Below the pieces are notes generated by a model that worked only from the letters and a program-made list of their open reading frames with translations, did not search any database and had not been told where the DNA came from. 64,000 nt of DNA. Origin: a virus. The stretch's first letter is position 1. Each line of letters opens with the position of its first letter. The position numbers and the translations under genes are program-made. The stretch lies in IMG/VR virus record IMGVR_UViG_3300008954_002609, positions 40,468 to 104,467 of that record. One strand, 5' to 3'. This document shows positions 22,254-31,954 of this stretch, piece by piece.

Positions 22254-23807
22254 CTATGACGGCAACTGCGCGTATTTTCTGAAATCTGGCATGGTGTTGT
22301 AGGAAGATGTGAGAAACTCCGGTGGAACATACTTAAGCAGCACATTTATTGTATTGTTCTTTTTTGCAAAGGCTCTGCACTTCGAAATAGCATTGAAACT
22401 TCCCTTCTTTTGTCCCAAGGCTGCTAAATCAGATTTGTGAAGATAGAGCCACGCAAGACCCCTTCCTGCAAAGCCTCTTCCTCCGTTTGCCTTATTCCAT
22501 GCATCCATGTGTGTATTGTTCTTTCTTGTATCAACATGTCGGACTCCCCACCGATCAAACCCGAAGTCGGTCCAGCCTGCTGCCTGGAAATAGCCTATCT
22601 GCCTTCTGACGAAGTTGTGGTGCCCATCGTTGTTTCCTGGTGGTGGAAAGTCAGTCCTATTATCCATCCTTTTGCCGCGAGCGCCCACGCTAGTTCGATA
22701 AATATCTATACCTAGTCCGTACCCGTGGGCTGACCACTTTGCCCCACTCTGCCGCAAACTGTTGGACAATCCGTATATTCCTGGACCTGGCCATGTATTC
22801 AAAAACTCTATCCATCTCCTCATTGTATCTTCTGTCAGAATAACGGGGAATGTTCGTGTCAAATTCGGGTGAGACAAAAGAATTCCAGAAAACGGGAGAC
22901 ATGGTTCTGGAAATTGCTGTGTGAAGCCGTCTTTATCTTCGACAAGTCCACGGGTCAGTAACTTTTGCAATTCGTCCCCCTTAAGCCATCTTTGCTTTTT
23001 TGGGGATTTATTATACCTTAAATGGAATCTTTTTAATGGTTTTATTGTTTCTCTTCCCGTGACTGCAATTGGCGGAGGAAGGACGCCGGAAGCACCAACG
23101 CCACGGTTAGCTCCGGCTCCAACTCCCTGCTGACGGGCGGGGGTTCCATCTGGACCGAGGATGGCTGATGCTGATGCACCAGGCGTAGTAGTGGCGACCG
23201 TTTGAACCTGAGCACCTGGAGCGAATGCGTTAGTGGCTCCGCCGCCTTGGTTCCAATATTTAGATTTGTATCCCTCAATCGTTGTAGAATCAGCCTCCAA
23301 CATACTGTGAAATATTCCGTACTGTCCTGTTTCCTGATCAGTGATCTCGATTAAGCACTCTCTTAAAGAAAAATCCGCTATATCTTGAAAGTCATTATTC
23401 AATGTATAAAACCTGGGGAGTTGATATATTCTTTCTAAATCGTCCTTGCTCCTAGGTGGCAGCAACATTGAGCATATACCCCCAGCTGGAACACAGTAGT
23501 AAATGTGTACCATGGACTGATTAAATGCTTCAGTAGCATTTTGGTTGGAATTAAATATATGGACCGGGTCAAAGCACTGGTGAATTGGTCGGGTTTCATA
23601 GTGAAATATTATTCCCGTTCTCACGCCGGAAAAGCCAGCATCGAGCCTCTTGGCTGTCGATTCTTTTTGGACAAATCTTATTGCTGACCCAATAAGGTCG
23701 AGGTCCTTTCCGATTCCATGCTTTGTGTTTACACTTATGGTCTTATCGGAAAAGAGGTTACTTTGCTTGGTCTTTATTCCCCAATCTGGATCGAAAACGT
23801 CAGTCAT
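22254..23807 (-). CDS. Virion-associated Zn peptidoglycan peptidase (M15/LAS family, C-terminal domain)
   Basis: R...SAHGYGLGIDI...RHVDTR matches SxHxxGxAxD...HxD; Gly/Ala linker to an unknown N-terminal domain; next to the spike gene. Confidence 0.7.
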   Translation of the reverse strand: MTDVFDPDWGIKTKQSNLFSDKTISVNTKHGIGKDLDLIGSAIRFVQKESTAKRLDAGFSGVRTGIIFHYETRPIHQCFDPVHIFNSNQNATEAFNQSMVHIYYCVPAGGICSMLLPPRSKDDLERIYQLPRFYTLNNDFQDIADFSLRECLIEITDQETGQYGIFHSMLEADSTTIEGYKSKYWNQGGGATNAFAPGAQVQTVATTTPGASASAILGPDGTPARQQGVGAGANRGVGASGVLPPPIAVTGRETIKPLKRFHLRYNKSPKKQRWLKGDELQKLLTRGLVEDKDGFTQQFPEPCLPFSGILLSHPNLTRTFPVILTEDTMRRWIEFLNTWPGPGIYGLSNSLRQSGAKWSAHGYGLGIDIYRTSVGARGKRMDNRTDFPPPGNNDGHHNFVRRQIGYFQAAGWTDFGFDRWGVRHVDTRKNNTHMDAWNKANGGRGFAGRGLAWLYLHKSDLAALGQKKGSFNAISKCRAFAKKNNTINVLLKYVPPEFLTSSYNTMPDFRKYAQLPS

Positions 23808-24105
23808 TCTTTTCAGACTCCTGATCTTGTATCAAATCAAAAAGCTCGTCTTTTTCTTCTTCTGTTATTTTTTCATTTGTATTTGATTGTTTGTGGAGGA
23901 GTGCGGTCAACTTAACCATTTGCTCATTGGATCTTTGTAGAGTTTCCACGTACTTAGCAGCTATCATGCCAACCTCCTTGTGTCGGTCATCTGATACTAC
24001 CATGTATTTCATCAATGTTGTCAGTAGGGTTTTGGTAACAGCCCTATCTTCGTTTATATTGTTTACTGATTTTTCTATAAAATCTTGTAGTTTAAATTTA
24101 CTCAT
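23800..24105 (-). CDS. Hypothetical helical protein
   Basis: 101-aa ORF coupled to the downstream gene and preceded by an ACTAATTAC motif. Confidence 0.7.
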   Translation of the reverse strand: MSKFKLQDFIEKSVNNINEDRAVTKTLLTTLMKYMVVSDDRHKEVGMIAAKYVETLQRSNEQMVKLTALLHKQSNTNEKITEEEKDELFDLIQDQESEKND

Positions 24106-24134
24106 AACGTCAGTAATTAGTCGACTACGGCATT

Positions 24135-24848
24135 TTATCGCTTCTCATAATCGCCTCGATCCCACTTAAGCTTAAAGATCCGATACTTCGCCCTTAATTT
24201 ATTTAAATTGTTGACAATTTGTTTTGTATTTAATCCCGTCAATTCTCGCAAATAGAGATATACCGCCTTTTTGTTAAAAATCTCTATTTGCTCTGCGCTG
24301 TTCAAAAGTATCTTTACAGCCTCTATTACTCTTCTTTCGTTAACTTTCAAGTCTGCTCGTTCCCACCTATCGACTTCAAAGAGCAAAGATTGCCAAAATT
24401 CCTTCTGTTCTCTAGTGTTAGCATAGATGTCCTCATCTGTAACCAAATCTTCATGCACGGTTTCCCTAACGAGTTCTTCGTAGCTAACTTCTTTTTTTGT
24501 TTTTGCTGAATTTTTCTTTAATTTGTGTATAAACCAATGCTTTGTTATAACACTGAAATAGGAGAATGCTTTAGATCCCTTTGACGGATCATATTTATCC
24601 AATATGGTTGTGAGCCATATTTTACATTCCTCTTTCAAGGGATCTATATTTGGAAGGGTTGTGAATTTGTATGTATATGTTATTTTCTCAACCATCTCGT
24701 GAAATGCTGGTTGTATATAATCCACATACAAATGTGTTCTGATTTTGTTATCTTCAGTTTTCGTATACTCAATGATTGCGTTCTCATGAACTTTTGTAAA
24801 ATAAAGATTTTTAGTTCGTGGACGCCGCTTCTTCATCATCTTCGCCAA
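24135..24848 (-). CDS. Phage sigma factor for late transcription (T4 gp55-like)
   Basis: YFTKVHENAIIEY and KYDPSKGSKAFSYFSVITKHWF resemble sigma region 2 of gp55-type factors; C-terminal HTH-like segment. Confidence 0.75.
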   Translation of the reverse strand: MAKMMKKRRPRTKNLYFTKVHENAIIEYTKTEDNKIRTHLYVDYIQPAFHEMVEKITYTYKFTTLPNIDPLKEECKIWLTTILDKYDPSKGSKAFSYFSVITKHWFIHKLKKNSAKTKKEVSYEELVRETVHEDLVTDEDIYANTREQKEFWQSLLFEVDRWERADLKVNERRVIEAVKILLNSAEQIEIFNKKAVYLYLRELTGLNTKQIVNNLNKLRAKYRIFKLKWDRGDYEKR

Positions 24849-25146
24849 GTTCCGTTACCTCTCCTGTTTCTTCGTTTTCTTCCTCATCAATGAGGGTATA
24901 TATGTCTTCATATTGATCGATATCCTCTAAAATATCCTTACTGTGGTTCATTAGTGCTTCCAAGGATTTATCTCCGTAAAACATTTCAGACTCATGCAGT
25001 ACGTCAACATGTGCCCTAAATATAGTAAACTTCTCTTGCAAAGAATTTAAATTACTAGCAACTGTTAATAACCTTCTTGCACACTTTATGGAATATGGCA
25101 ACAATATTACATTCGCCAGTAGTGATACTATTAATATTACCTCCAT
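24811..25146 (-). CDS. Hypothetical protein with N-terminal membrane anchor
   Basis: Hydrophobic N-terminus MEVILIVSLLANVILL; acidic tail. Confidence 0.65.
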   Translation of the reverse strand: MEVILIVSLLANVILLPYSIKCARRLLTVASNLNSLQEKFTIFRAHVDVLHESEMFYGDKSLEALMNHSKDILEDIDQYEDIYTLIDEEENEETGEVTELGEDDEEAASTN

Positions 25147-25149
25147 ACT

Positions 25150-25395
25150 CTACCGCTTTTCCTCTCTGGATGTTTTCTTGTCACCTTGTAAATCTCTCTT
25201 TGCATCCTTTATAAATTTCTCTACTATTTCGCCTGGCTTCTTTTCCATACTTATTCTTGGAGCCAGGGAGGAAGGGACCTTGACGGTGAAGCCCTCCTCT
25301 CCACACAATATACACTCTTCCTGCTCGTGAGACATTGAATGTGCTATGTCAAAAAAATCTTCACATTTTTCACATTTATAGGTGTATCTTGGCAA
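25150..25395 (-). CDS. FmdB-family zinc-ribbon protein
   Basis: MPRYTYKCEKC...CILCG. Confidence 0.8.
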   Translation of the reverse strand: MPRYTYKCEKCEDFFDIAHSMSHEQEECILCGEEGFTVKVPSSLAPRISMEKKPGEIVEKFIKDAKRDLQGDKKTSREEKR

Positions 25396-25397
25396 GA

Positions 25398-25667
25398 CTA
25401 ATCGCTTCCCACAGTCTTTGTGTTTTCTTCAATTTCTTCCAGTGAGTCATCGTCTTCAGCAGCGCAATCAAGATCATCTTCTCCCTCTGTGTCAAAAAGG
25501 ACCTCTTGATCAAATTGAAAAACGGGTGGATTTACAACAATCAACTCCTCACTCTGGTTGGTTTGAAAATCCATTCCTCTCAAGATTGGGACGATGTCCG
25601 CCTGCTCTGCTAGAGACTTCTGTAGAGCCATCATAATGGCTCCTAGTGCTTGATCTGAAATTTTCAT
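25398..25667 (-). CDS. Hypothetical protein
   Basis: 89 aa with strong RBS (AAGGAG). Confidence 0.7.
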   Translation of the reverse strand: MKISDQALGAIMMALQKSLAEQADIVPILRGMDFQTNQSEELIVVNPPVFQFDQEVLFDTEGEDDLDCAAEDDDSLEEIEENTKTVGSD

Positions 25668-25692
25668 AGTTTCTCCTTATTTCGTAATTTCA

Positions 25693-26535
25693 TTATACAA
25701 CCGCACGACCCTTGAGGTTTTCCCAATCTTTTTCTGGTCGTACTTCTAAATTTGTCTGCCATGCTGCCTTGATAACATTCGCATTGACTCCGCATTGGCC
25801 GGCGAAGGCAATAAATGCGTTAATGTCCTTTGGAAAGCAGCTGCCTCCGAATCCCCATTTCCCGTCTGGTCCTGGAACGTTCAAGTGCGAATCCCCAACT
25901 CTTCCATCTGCTGCAAATCCAGCAAGTGCCAAGTCCCAATCCACGTTTGCTTTTTCACAAACTAGCTTCATTTCATTCGCAAAAGCAACCTTGACTGAGA
26001 AGAACACATTGTTAAAATATTTTATAAATTCAGCAGTATTGAAATCTGTCTTCATTATATTACAGTGCTTGAACCTCGTCCTATAAAGTTCCGCGACCTT
26101 GCTTGTGTTCTCCGGAGAGCCCCCCAGGACTATCCTAGCCTGATTTAAGAAATCATATTTCGCATGTCTCTCTGTTAAGAATTCAGGATTAAAAACAAGA
26201 TTTAAATTTGGAAACTCATCCGAGAAAGACTGAGTGGTTCCGGGGACTATTGTGGACTTAATTACCACTACATTATCGTTTCTATCACTAACATTGCTTA
26301 TATCCCCCAACACCTCTCTCACTATACCAAGATTTATGGACCCATCTTTGTTCATCGGGGTTGGCACAGAAACGAAAATTATATCAGACTCATTAACCGT
26401 TTCCTCTAGTGAATTCATGCTCCTAAGAGGGTCCTTATCGTGAACCAATACCGGGATTACGGGAACAAAACCAAAGCCTATTGCTTGCCCCACGAATCCA
26501 TTTCCAATAATACCTACTGCCTTAATCATTCGCAA
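25693..26535 (-). CDS. ugd: UDP-glucose 6-dehydrogenase (short form lacking C-terminal domain)
   Basis: GIIGNGFVG, VPTP, KSTIVPGT, FNPEFL, GFGGSCFPKD catalytic motif. Confidence 0.92.
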   Translation of the reverse strand: MRMIKAVGIIGNGFVGQAIGFGFVPVIPVLVHDKDPLRSMNSLEETVNESDIIFVSVPTPMNKDGSINLGIVREVLGDISNVSDRNDNVVVIKSTIVPGTTQSFSDEFPNLNLVFNPEFLTERHAKYDFLNQARIVLGGSPENTSKVAELYRTRFKHCNIMKTDFNTAEFIKYFNNVFFSVKVAFANEMKLVCEKANVDWDLALAGFAADGRVGDSHLNVPGPDGKWGFGGSCFPKDINAFIAFAGQCGVNANVIKAAWQTNLEVRPEKDWENLKGRAVV

Positions 26536-27364
26536 ACTCCAAAAAACACTCTCTTATTCCCTCAGATATCTCCACTTGAGGTCTCCACCCCAAATCAAGC
26601 AAAGGCTTCACATTTGCCTTAGTCAACCTGACATCTCCTGGGCGCTCTTCAACATAATCAAACTTTAAATCTGGCAGTGTCTCTTTTACCAGCTTCTTCA
26701 TTTCGTTTAGGGAAATATTGTTTCCAGTTCCGACATCGTAAACATTGCCAGAAACAGAATCCATATTGTTCATACAGAAGATGTTCGCAGATACGACATC
26801 ACTGACATGTGCCATGTCCCTCCTCTGATCTCCGTCTCCCGTTATATACGGGATCTTCCCATCTTTTATAAACCTTCTCCAATTAGCAACACATGTGGCG
26901 TATGGCCCATCAGCGACCTGGTCCACCGAATATACATTAAAGTACCTTAATGCGACGGTATCTACATCATAAAGCCTTTTATATAGCAAGGTTTCGACTT
27001 CTCCAACATGTTTGGACAGCGCATACGGGCTTTCTGGTCCAGATCCGTTACCTACCACGGACGACGAGCTAGAATATACCACTTTAGCTCCTACTTTTTT
27101 TGCAAATTCCAAAACAAGAGACGTAGAGTGAACGTTGTTGTGCATAACTTCCACTGGGTTCTCAATGCTATAAACTACTCTTGGGATCGCTGCCAAATGG
27201 AAGATGACTTCTGGTTTAAAAGCCAGGTGCTTTTCCTGGAACCCGTCCAAGATGTCTTCTCCCATCTTGAGATCTATTCCCATAACATTGTGACCCAAAG
27301 AGTTAAGTTTCCAAAACAAATTCTGACCAATGTATCCCATGTGACCAGTCACCATCACGTTCAT
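26522..27364 (-). CDS. NAD-dependent nucleotide-sugar epimerase/dehydratase
   Basis: TGHMGYIG, SSSS, YALSK, LRYFNVY, GDGDQRRD. Confidence 0.9.
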   Translation of the reverse strand: MNVMVTGHMGYIGQNLFWKLNSLGHNVMGIDLKMGEDILDGFQEKHLAFKPEVIFHLAAIPRVVYSIENPVEVMHNNVHSTSLVLEFAKKVGAKVVYSSSSSVVGNGSGPESPYALSKHVGEVETLLYKRLYDVDTVALRYFNVYSVDQVADGPYATCVANWRRFIKDGKIPYITGDGDQRRDMAHVSDVVSANIFCMNNMDSVSGNVYDVGTGNNISLNEMKKLVKETLPDLKFDYVEERPGDVRLTKANVKPLLDLGWRPQVEISEGIRECFLEFAND

Positions 27365-28044
27365 TAAATGTACCCCGAAATCTTTAACTGGTTCTCAAAA
27401 TCTCCCAGTTCTTCATCAGTACAAATATTTTTATATGCGTTGACATCCTTGCCAATGCCCTTGTCACTCAACTTTCTTTTTCCATAATCTGAATCATTTC
27501 CTTTTCCAGCCCTGGCAAGAACAGAGACATTCCAATCATAAACCCAGTCTTTTACAAACTCAGGATAATCAGAAAAGTGATTTGCCTTTTGGATACCAAA
27601 AACATTGCAAATGTTGTCTTGTACGCAATTTGGATTCCTTATAAGGTCCTCGTATTTGACCTCAAGGTCTATAATATCCGAGTATTCGTTCCTTTGTTTC
27701 ATGGAATCTATCCATCTCTTAGGCTTAACATAATTTCCATCTGACAAGATCACGTCTCTTCCGTCCCTTGTCACGTTGATAATTCCGATGTCCTGCTTTC
27801 TTATCCAAGACAATTGGTCTTCGAATTCTGGTGTTTCAGAATTACTCAACACAAAGGGAGGTAGCCTCTTTCCTATCAAAAACCTCTTGTCCGTCTTGAT
27901 GTTCAAGAACTCACTCAGTGTCATTTCATGACCGTTAAATCCTTTTCTATAGAGAACGTCAGTGCTTTGAAACGCATAACACATTCTCAACAAAAGAGTC
28001 GTCCCACTCTTGGCGCATCCTGTAATAAATATTCTCTTTGTCAT
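27364..28044 (-). CDS. Sulfotransferase family protein
   Basis: ITGCAKSGTTLL (5'-PSB loop), RDGRDV (3'-PB), VKYEDL. Confidence 0.8.
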   Translation of the reverse strand: MTKRIFITGCAKSGTTLLLRMCYAFQSTDVLYRKGFNGHEMTLSEFLNIKTDKRFLIGKRLPPFVLSNSETPEFEDQLSWIRKQDIGIINVTRDGRDVILSDGNYVKPKRWIDSMKQRNEYSDIIDLEVKYEDLIRNPNCVQDNICNVFGIQKANHFSDYPEFVKDWVYDWNVSVLARAGKGNDSDYGKRKLSDKGIGKDVNAYKNICTDEELGDFENQLKISGYI

Positions 28045-28047
28045 CTA

Positions 28048-28665
28048 CTATACTTCCCACGTCTTATATTCTGGTTGCTTGGTTTTATTGGTGTCATGCA
28101 TTCTGTATCTGTAAAATGGAACTCTCAAATGGTGAATTCGATATTTGTCGCCCAAGCGTTTTCTTAGTTCCTCTTCCTCCCTATGTCTCATCTTTGGATT
28201 ATATCCACCTAGCGATAAGAACAGGTCTCTTCGATACATTATACCACAGGATATGTTTTCATTTTCAGCATATTTTCTTTCAATGGTGTTCTCATAATCA
28301 TCCACCATCAAGTAGTCCGAAGATACACAAAATGCGTCATGGTTAGACTCTAGATATTTCTTCATAACAAACGACATATCTTTGTTAATATAATCATCGG
28401 CGTCGACTCTAAAGAAGAACTGACCTCTGGCATTTTCAATTCCTAAGTTAGACGCTACTGCTACTCCGGAATTCTTGTCCGTCTTGAGGAATCTTATGCG
28501 ATCAGCGAAGGGTCTCAGCATATCTTGCGAGTTGTCTGTACTACAGTCATCCACCACTATCACCTCAAATCTGACCCTCTCCTGATTAAGACAACTCCTC
28601 AAACACCTAGAGACATATTTGCCATAGTTGTAGTTTGTTATAATTATCGATACGTCAGGTACCAT
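28048..28665 (-). CDS. Glycosyltransferase family 2
   Basis: SIIITNYN, VVDDCSTD, RVDADD. Confidence 0.92.
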   Translation of the reverse strand: MVPDVSIIITNYNYGKYVSRCLRSCLNQERVRFEVIVVDDCSTDNSQDMLRPFADRIRFLKTDKNSGVAVASNLGIENARGQFFFRVDADDYINKDMSFVMKKYLESNHDAFCVSSDYLMVDDYENTIERKYAENENISCGIMYRRDLFLSLGGYNPKMRHREEEELRKRLGDKYRIHHLRVPFYRYRMHDTNKTKQPEYKTWEV

Positions 28666-29378
28666 TATTCTTTCCTCCGATTTAATATTTCGATTTCCTT
28701 GATTAGGTTTTTAAACTGTTTAAGAGATCCGTGATCAAAAGACCCCAAGTGCCCTCCCTCAAACCTTGATTGTGCAAAAATGTTCTCACTATAATGCTTC
28801 TCTAATATGGTAGCACCGCTGAAATATGCTTTCAATGGGGCGGCGATGCCGACGGAGTGGTCACTATATCCGCGATACCCATATCTCTTAAATTCTTTTG
28901 GCATATTTTTCAAGTTATCATCGTGCAAAAAAGTTGGATACCTGGATACACAAAATAAGTAAGATATCTTCTCACTGTGTCCGAATGGAAATTCACCAAT
29001 AGCACATTGTCCGGTGGATATGATTGTCGGTTTATTCTCTTTTAAGATAGCTTCGCATAAATCTGGATCTTCTTTTACGGTTCTACTTGCTATCTTGTGC
29101 CTATCAAATCCGAGGTTCCGCAGCCAATCCAATCTCTCTTTATCAAAGGGTGTAGCCATCAGTGGTATACCAAGATTATCACAAAAGTCCTTGAGGGATG
29201 CAAGTGTTTGGTAGTCGATGTCCCTGTATTCTCTTTCAGTGTTTCCAAAAAATGCCACAGAATCCATTAACTGAACTTTCACAACATCTGCTCCTGCGGA
29301 CCATGCATTTAGTGACATTCTTTTTAGTTCTTCCAGCGAGCCATGGTGCTGGTTACAAAGATCAACTATTATTTCCAT
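28665..29378 (-). CDS. neuB: NeuB-family nonulosonic acid synthase (no C-terminal SAF domain)
   Basis: DLCNQHHGS (variant of EIGxNHxG), GADVVKVQ, TPFD, KIAS, CVSRYP, GYSDHS, ILEKH. Confidence 0.85.
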   Translation of the reverse strand: MEIIVDLCNQHHGSLEELKRMSLNAWSAGADVVKVQLMDSVAFFGNTEREYRDIDYQTLASLKDFCDNLGIPLMATPFDKERLDWLRNLGFDRHKIASRTVKEDPDLCEAILKENKPTIISTGQCAIGEFPFGHSEKISYLFCVSRYPTFLHDDNLKNMPKEFKRYGYRGYSDHSVGIAAPLKAYFSGATILEKHYSENIFAQSRFEGGHLGSFDHGSLKQFKNLIKEIEILNRRKE

Positions 29379-30069
29379 TTAAATACTCCTTCAATAAAAT
29401 TGGAGTCTTGTATGATATCTCCAACATTCTTCCATAATTCATGTCTTTTAATTGATATAGTTTCCCGCCTGGTTCTACGTGATAAGGCTCTACTGAATTA
29501 TTGATTATATTATACACGTTTTTCTCCAAAATGTCAAACCCTGTAATGCAAGTTCTCATGAAAATATCTTCTGGTGTGTCAGAGATATCCATCCCTTCTG
29601 TTTTAGATTGAGCTATTACCCTACCCTTGTCAATTGACGAGTTTATATAGTGAATAGTTGCCCCTATCTCTTCCGGTTTTCCCTCGTAGAGAGCCCAATA
29701 CGGGCTGTCTACCCCTCTGTGGTGCTGTACTAAGCCCGTATGTATGTTTATACAGCCTCCGGAAGGTACACTAAAGATGTGCTTTTTGAGTAGAGGGGCA
29801 CCGAAGACAAAACAAAGGTCAGGAGAAACCTCTGATATCATATCCTTCATCCTTCTAGAATTTACTTGTTCTGGAGTGCACATAACTAAATTTCCTAGTA
29901 TCTCGCTACCTCTTGCGTGTCCAAAAAATCTTCGCTCTGATAGGCAGAATTTCGCATTTCCGGGCTTTTTATCCACTACAATGACCATAGAAAGATCGAC
30001 ATACTTCTGCAATCTAGATATGAACTCCCTGTGCCTCAGTTGGTTTGATGTTATTGCGATGTGGCTCAT
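29362..30069 (-). CDS. Formyltransferase (sugar N-formyltransferase-like)
   Basis: INIHTGLVQHHRG, GATIHYINSSIDKG. Confidence 0.85.
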   Translation of the reverse strand: MSHIAITSNQLRHREFISRLQKYVDLSMVIVVDKKPGNAKFCLSERRFFGHARGSEILGNLVMCTPEQVNSRRMKDMISEVSPDLCFVFGAPLLKKHIFSVPSGGCINIHTGLVQHHRGVDSPYWALYEGKPEEIGATIHYINSSIDKGRVIAQSKTEGMDISDTPEDIFMRTCITGFDILEKNVYNIINNSVEPYHVEPGGKLYQLKDMNYGRMLEISYKTPILLKEYLNGNNS

Positions 30070-30749
30070 AACTTTATTGGGCTTCTCCCCAGGCTCTTAA
30101 ACGCCTCTCCTCGGGCTTCACCTATTGAATACCCCCTCACTTTCGTAATTCCATCCAGGTACCTCTCTATTTCATTTAAAATATCGAGCTGAGACATATA
30201 TACCTTCAACGCTTCCATCTTCAATCCGTATTGCTCAGTAATATCGACAACGTAATCAGGATCATCAAAAGGATCCAAAATTTCAAAAGACCATATGGCC
30301 CCAACAGTGTGTACTCCACCTAACTCCTCCATTATGTTTTCCGAAGCTTTCCAGCAGGCTTCTTCTACAATCGCAGAAGTCCTCTTATGATCTCTGTGTT
30401 TGCACACTTGATTGTGTGTTATGACCAGGTCTGGCTTCACCTCTCTTATGATTTTTATAACTTTGTGAAAATTTTGCTTCCTATTAGAGACCTTCTGACA
30501 AGGTAGACCGAGGTTGTGAATCTTTTGAATGCCCAAGATCTTTGCTGCAATAATTGCTTCTTTGTTTCTTGTTTCTACGATTTCAGAACCATCAGTACCT
30601 TGTTTAATACCAGTGGAGCCGTCGGTCATAAAACAAACTTCTACCCGGCAGCCCCTGTCTGCCCACTTCCTTATGGTGCCGCCGCAGCCAATTGTCTCAT
30701 CGTCCTGATGTGCTGCGAAAACTAGAACTTTTTTAGGTATTTTGATCAC
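30066..30749 (-). CDS. PIG-L/LmbE-family N-deacetylase
   Basis: AHQDDETIGCGG, HRDH, K..AL..Y.SQ. Confidence 0.9.
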   Translation of the reverse strand: MIKIPKKVLVFAAHQDDETIGCGGTIRKWADRGCRVEVCFMTDGSTGIKQGTDGSEIVETRNKEAIIAAKILGIQKIHNLGLPCQKVSNRKQNFHKVIKIIREVKPDLVITHNQVCKHRDHKRTSAIVEEACWKASENIMEELGGVHTVGAIWSFEILDPFDDPDYVVDITEQYGLKMEALKVYMSQLDILNEIERYLDGITKVRGYSIGEARGEAFKSLGRSPIKL

Positions 30750-31362
30750 TTCTTTTCTCTATAAACTTTACATCTTCAATAGTGTGAACGTCATGCACAT
30801 CGCAAATAAAGGCTCCCGTTTTCACACTCAAATCTCTCTGGTGAACGTACCATAGTTTCATTATTCTAAATGCTGCATTCATCATTAAATCTCTGTCTAC
30901 GCTCATCAACTCATTTCTATCATTAATAATGAACGACTCGATTGCATTATCCAATGTTCTTCCTGTAATTTCAGGAGAATTTGCTTGCAGGGAGACGACA
31001 GTCTCTGGCTTAAAATGATTTCTCTCTATATAAGAACAAGCCTCTCTAATTGCCTCCATCTTGTAGACGTGGTCTGCCGCTGTTCTTGGATCCCTGTCGT
31101 GGACATTTGCACCATACTTAATTGCTATTTTTTTTATCTCTTCATCTTCTGTGGTTACCCACACGTCGGTTATATATTCACTGTCCTTTGCTGCCTTTAT
31201 CGCCCAAGATAACATAGGCTTGCCCCAAATGGGATAAATGTTCTTGCGCTTGAGCCTTTTAGACCCTCCCCGTGCAGGTATGATGGCTACTATTCTTTCT
31301 TTTTTAGTCTTATTGCTTGCGCCAATCAGGTCAGATAAGCCCGTCATTAATGACTCTATCAT
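30733..31362 (-). CDS. neuA: Acylneuraminate cytidylyltransferase (NeuA-like, compact)
   Basis: IIPARGGSKRLKRKNI, LQANSP, DVHTIED; start moved to 31362 (ATGA overlap with upstream stop). Confidence 0.85.
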   Translation of the reverse strand: MIESLMTGLSDLIGASNKTKKERIVAIIPARGGSKRLKRKNIYPIWGKPMLSWAIKAAKDSEYITDVWVTTEDEEIKKIAIKYGANVHDRDPRTAADHVYKMEAIREACSYIERNHFKPETVVSLQANSPEITGRTLDNAIESFIINDRNELMSVDRDLMMNAAFRIMKLWYVHQRDLSVKTGAFICDVHDVHTIEDVKFIEKRSDQNT

Positions 31363-31949
31363 GGCGGGAACCCTTTCGTGTGATGGGGTTTTCCGTATTT
31401 CTTGAGATTTGCCATCCATTTGGCTTTAGGTCTCAGCACTGCTATACCACCAACCTCTTCAACTAGATCATACCACTCTAAAGCAGCCTTATATCTAGGT
31501 CTGTAGTATTCACACAGAAAAACAATTGTGTCTTTGTGGGAGTACCTTGTAGCCATCTCGCAACATTGCACTCTCGCTCGACCATCGATAATGAAAAAAT
31601 CATACTTTTTTTTACCAAAATGATCAATAGCCTTTATATAACTTTTAAACTCTTCGTTCCTATTGTCTAAAAGAATAGAGTGTCCTCTTTCCCAAATATT
31701 CCACGGAATATCTGCAGGAGCATAGTAGAGTTTCACATTCTTTATCTCCTGCTCCTGAATCATGTCTGCAACCTTATCTGCCCACTTGTCGTCGTGTTCT
31801 ACCGAGTTGTAACTCTTTACAAATTTAGAAAAATGAATAGTGCTGCCGCCTGGTCCCCATTCGAACAGTGTTTTGCCTTTTGACAAACGACTTTCAATAT
31901 AGTCAATCTCTTCCTGATTCATTAGTGGCTTATTTTTTATATTTTTCAT
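31359..31949 (-). CDS. Class I SAM-dependent methyltransferase-like protein
   Basis: LFEWGPGGST, SVEHD..W, FIIDGRAR. Confidence 0.75.
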   Translation of the reverse strand: MKNIKNKPLMNQEEIDYIESRLSKGKTLFEWGPGGSTIHFSKFVKSYNSVEHDDKWADKVADMIQEQEIKNVKLYYAPADIPWNIWERGHSILLDNRNEEFKSYIKAIDHFGKKKYDFFIIDGRARVQCCEMATRYSHKDTIVFLCEYYRPRYKAALEWYDLVEEVGGIAVLRPKAKWMANLKKYGKPHHTKGFPP

Positions 31950-31954
31950 ACTTG

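Noticed and set aside
6765-23807. Bacterial contractile injection system (eCIS/T6SS/tailocin)
   Set aside because: The gp55-like sigma, phage-type compact enzymes, tRNA, single-strand gene packing and absence of housekeeping synteny indicate a phage genome.
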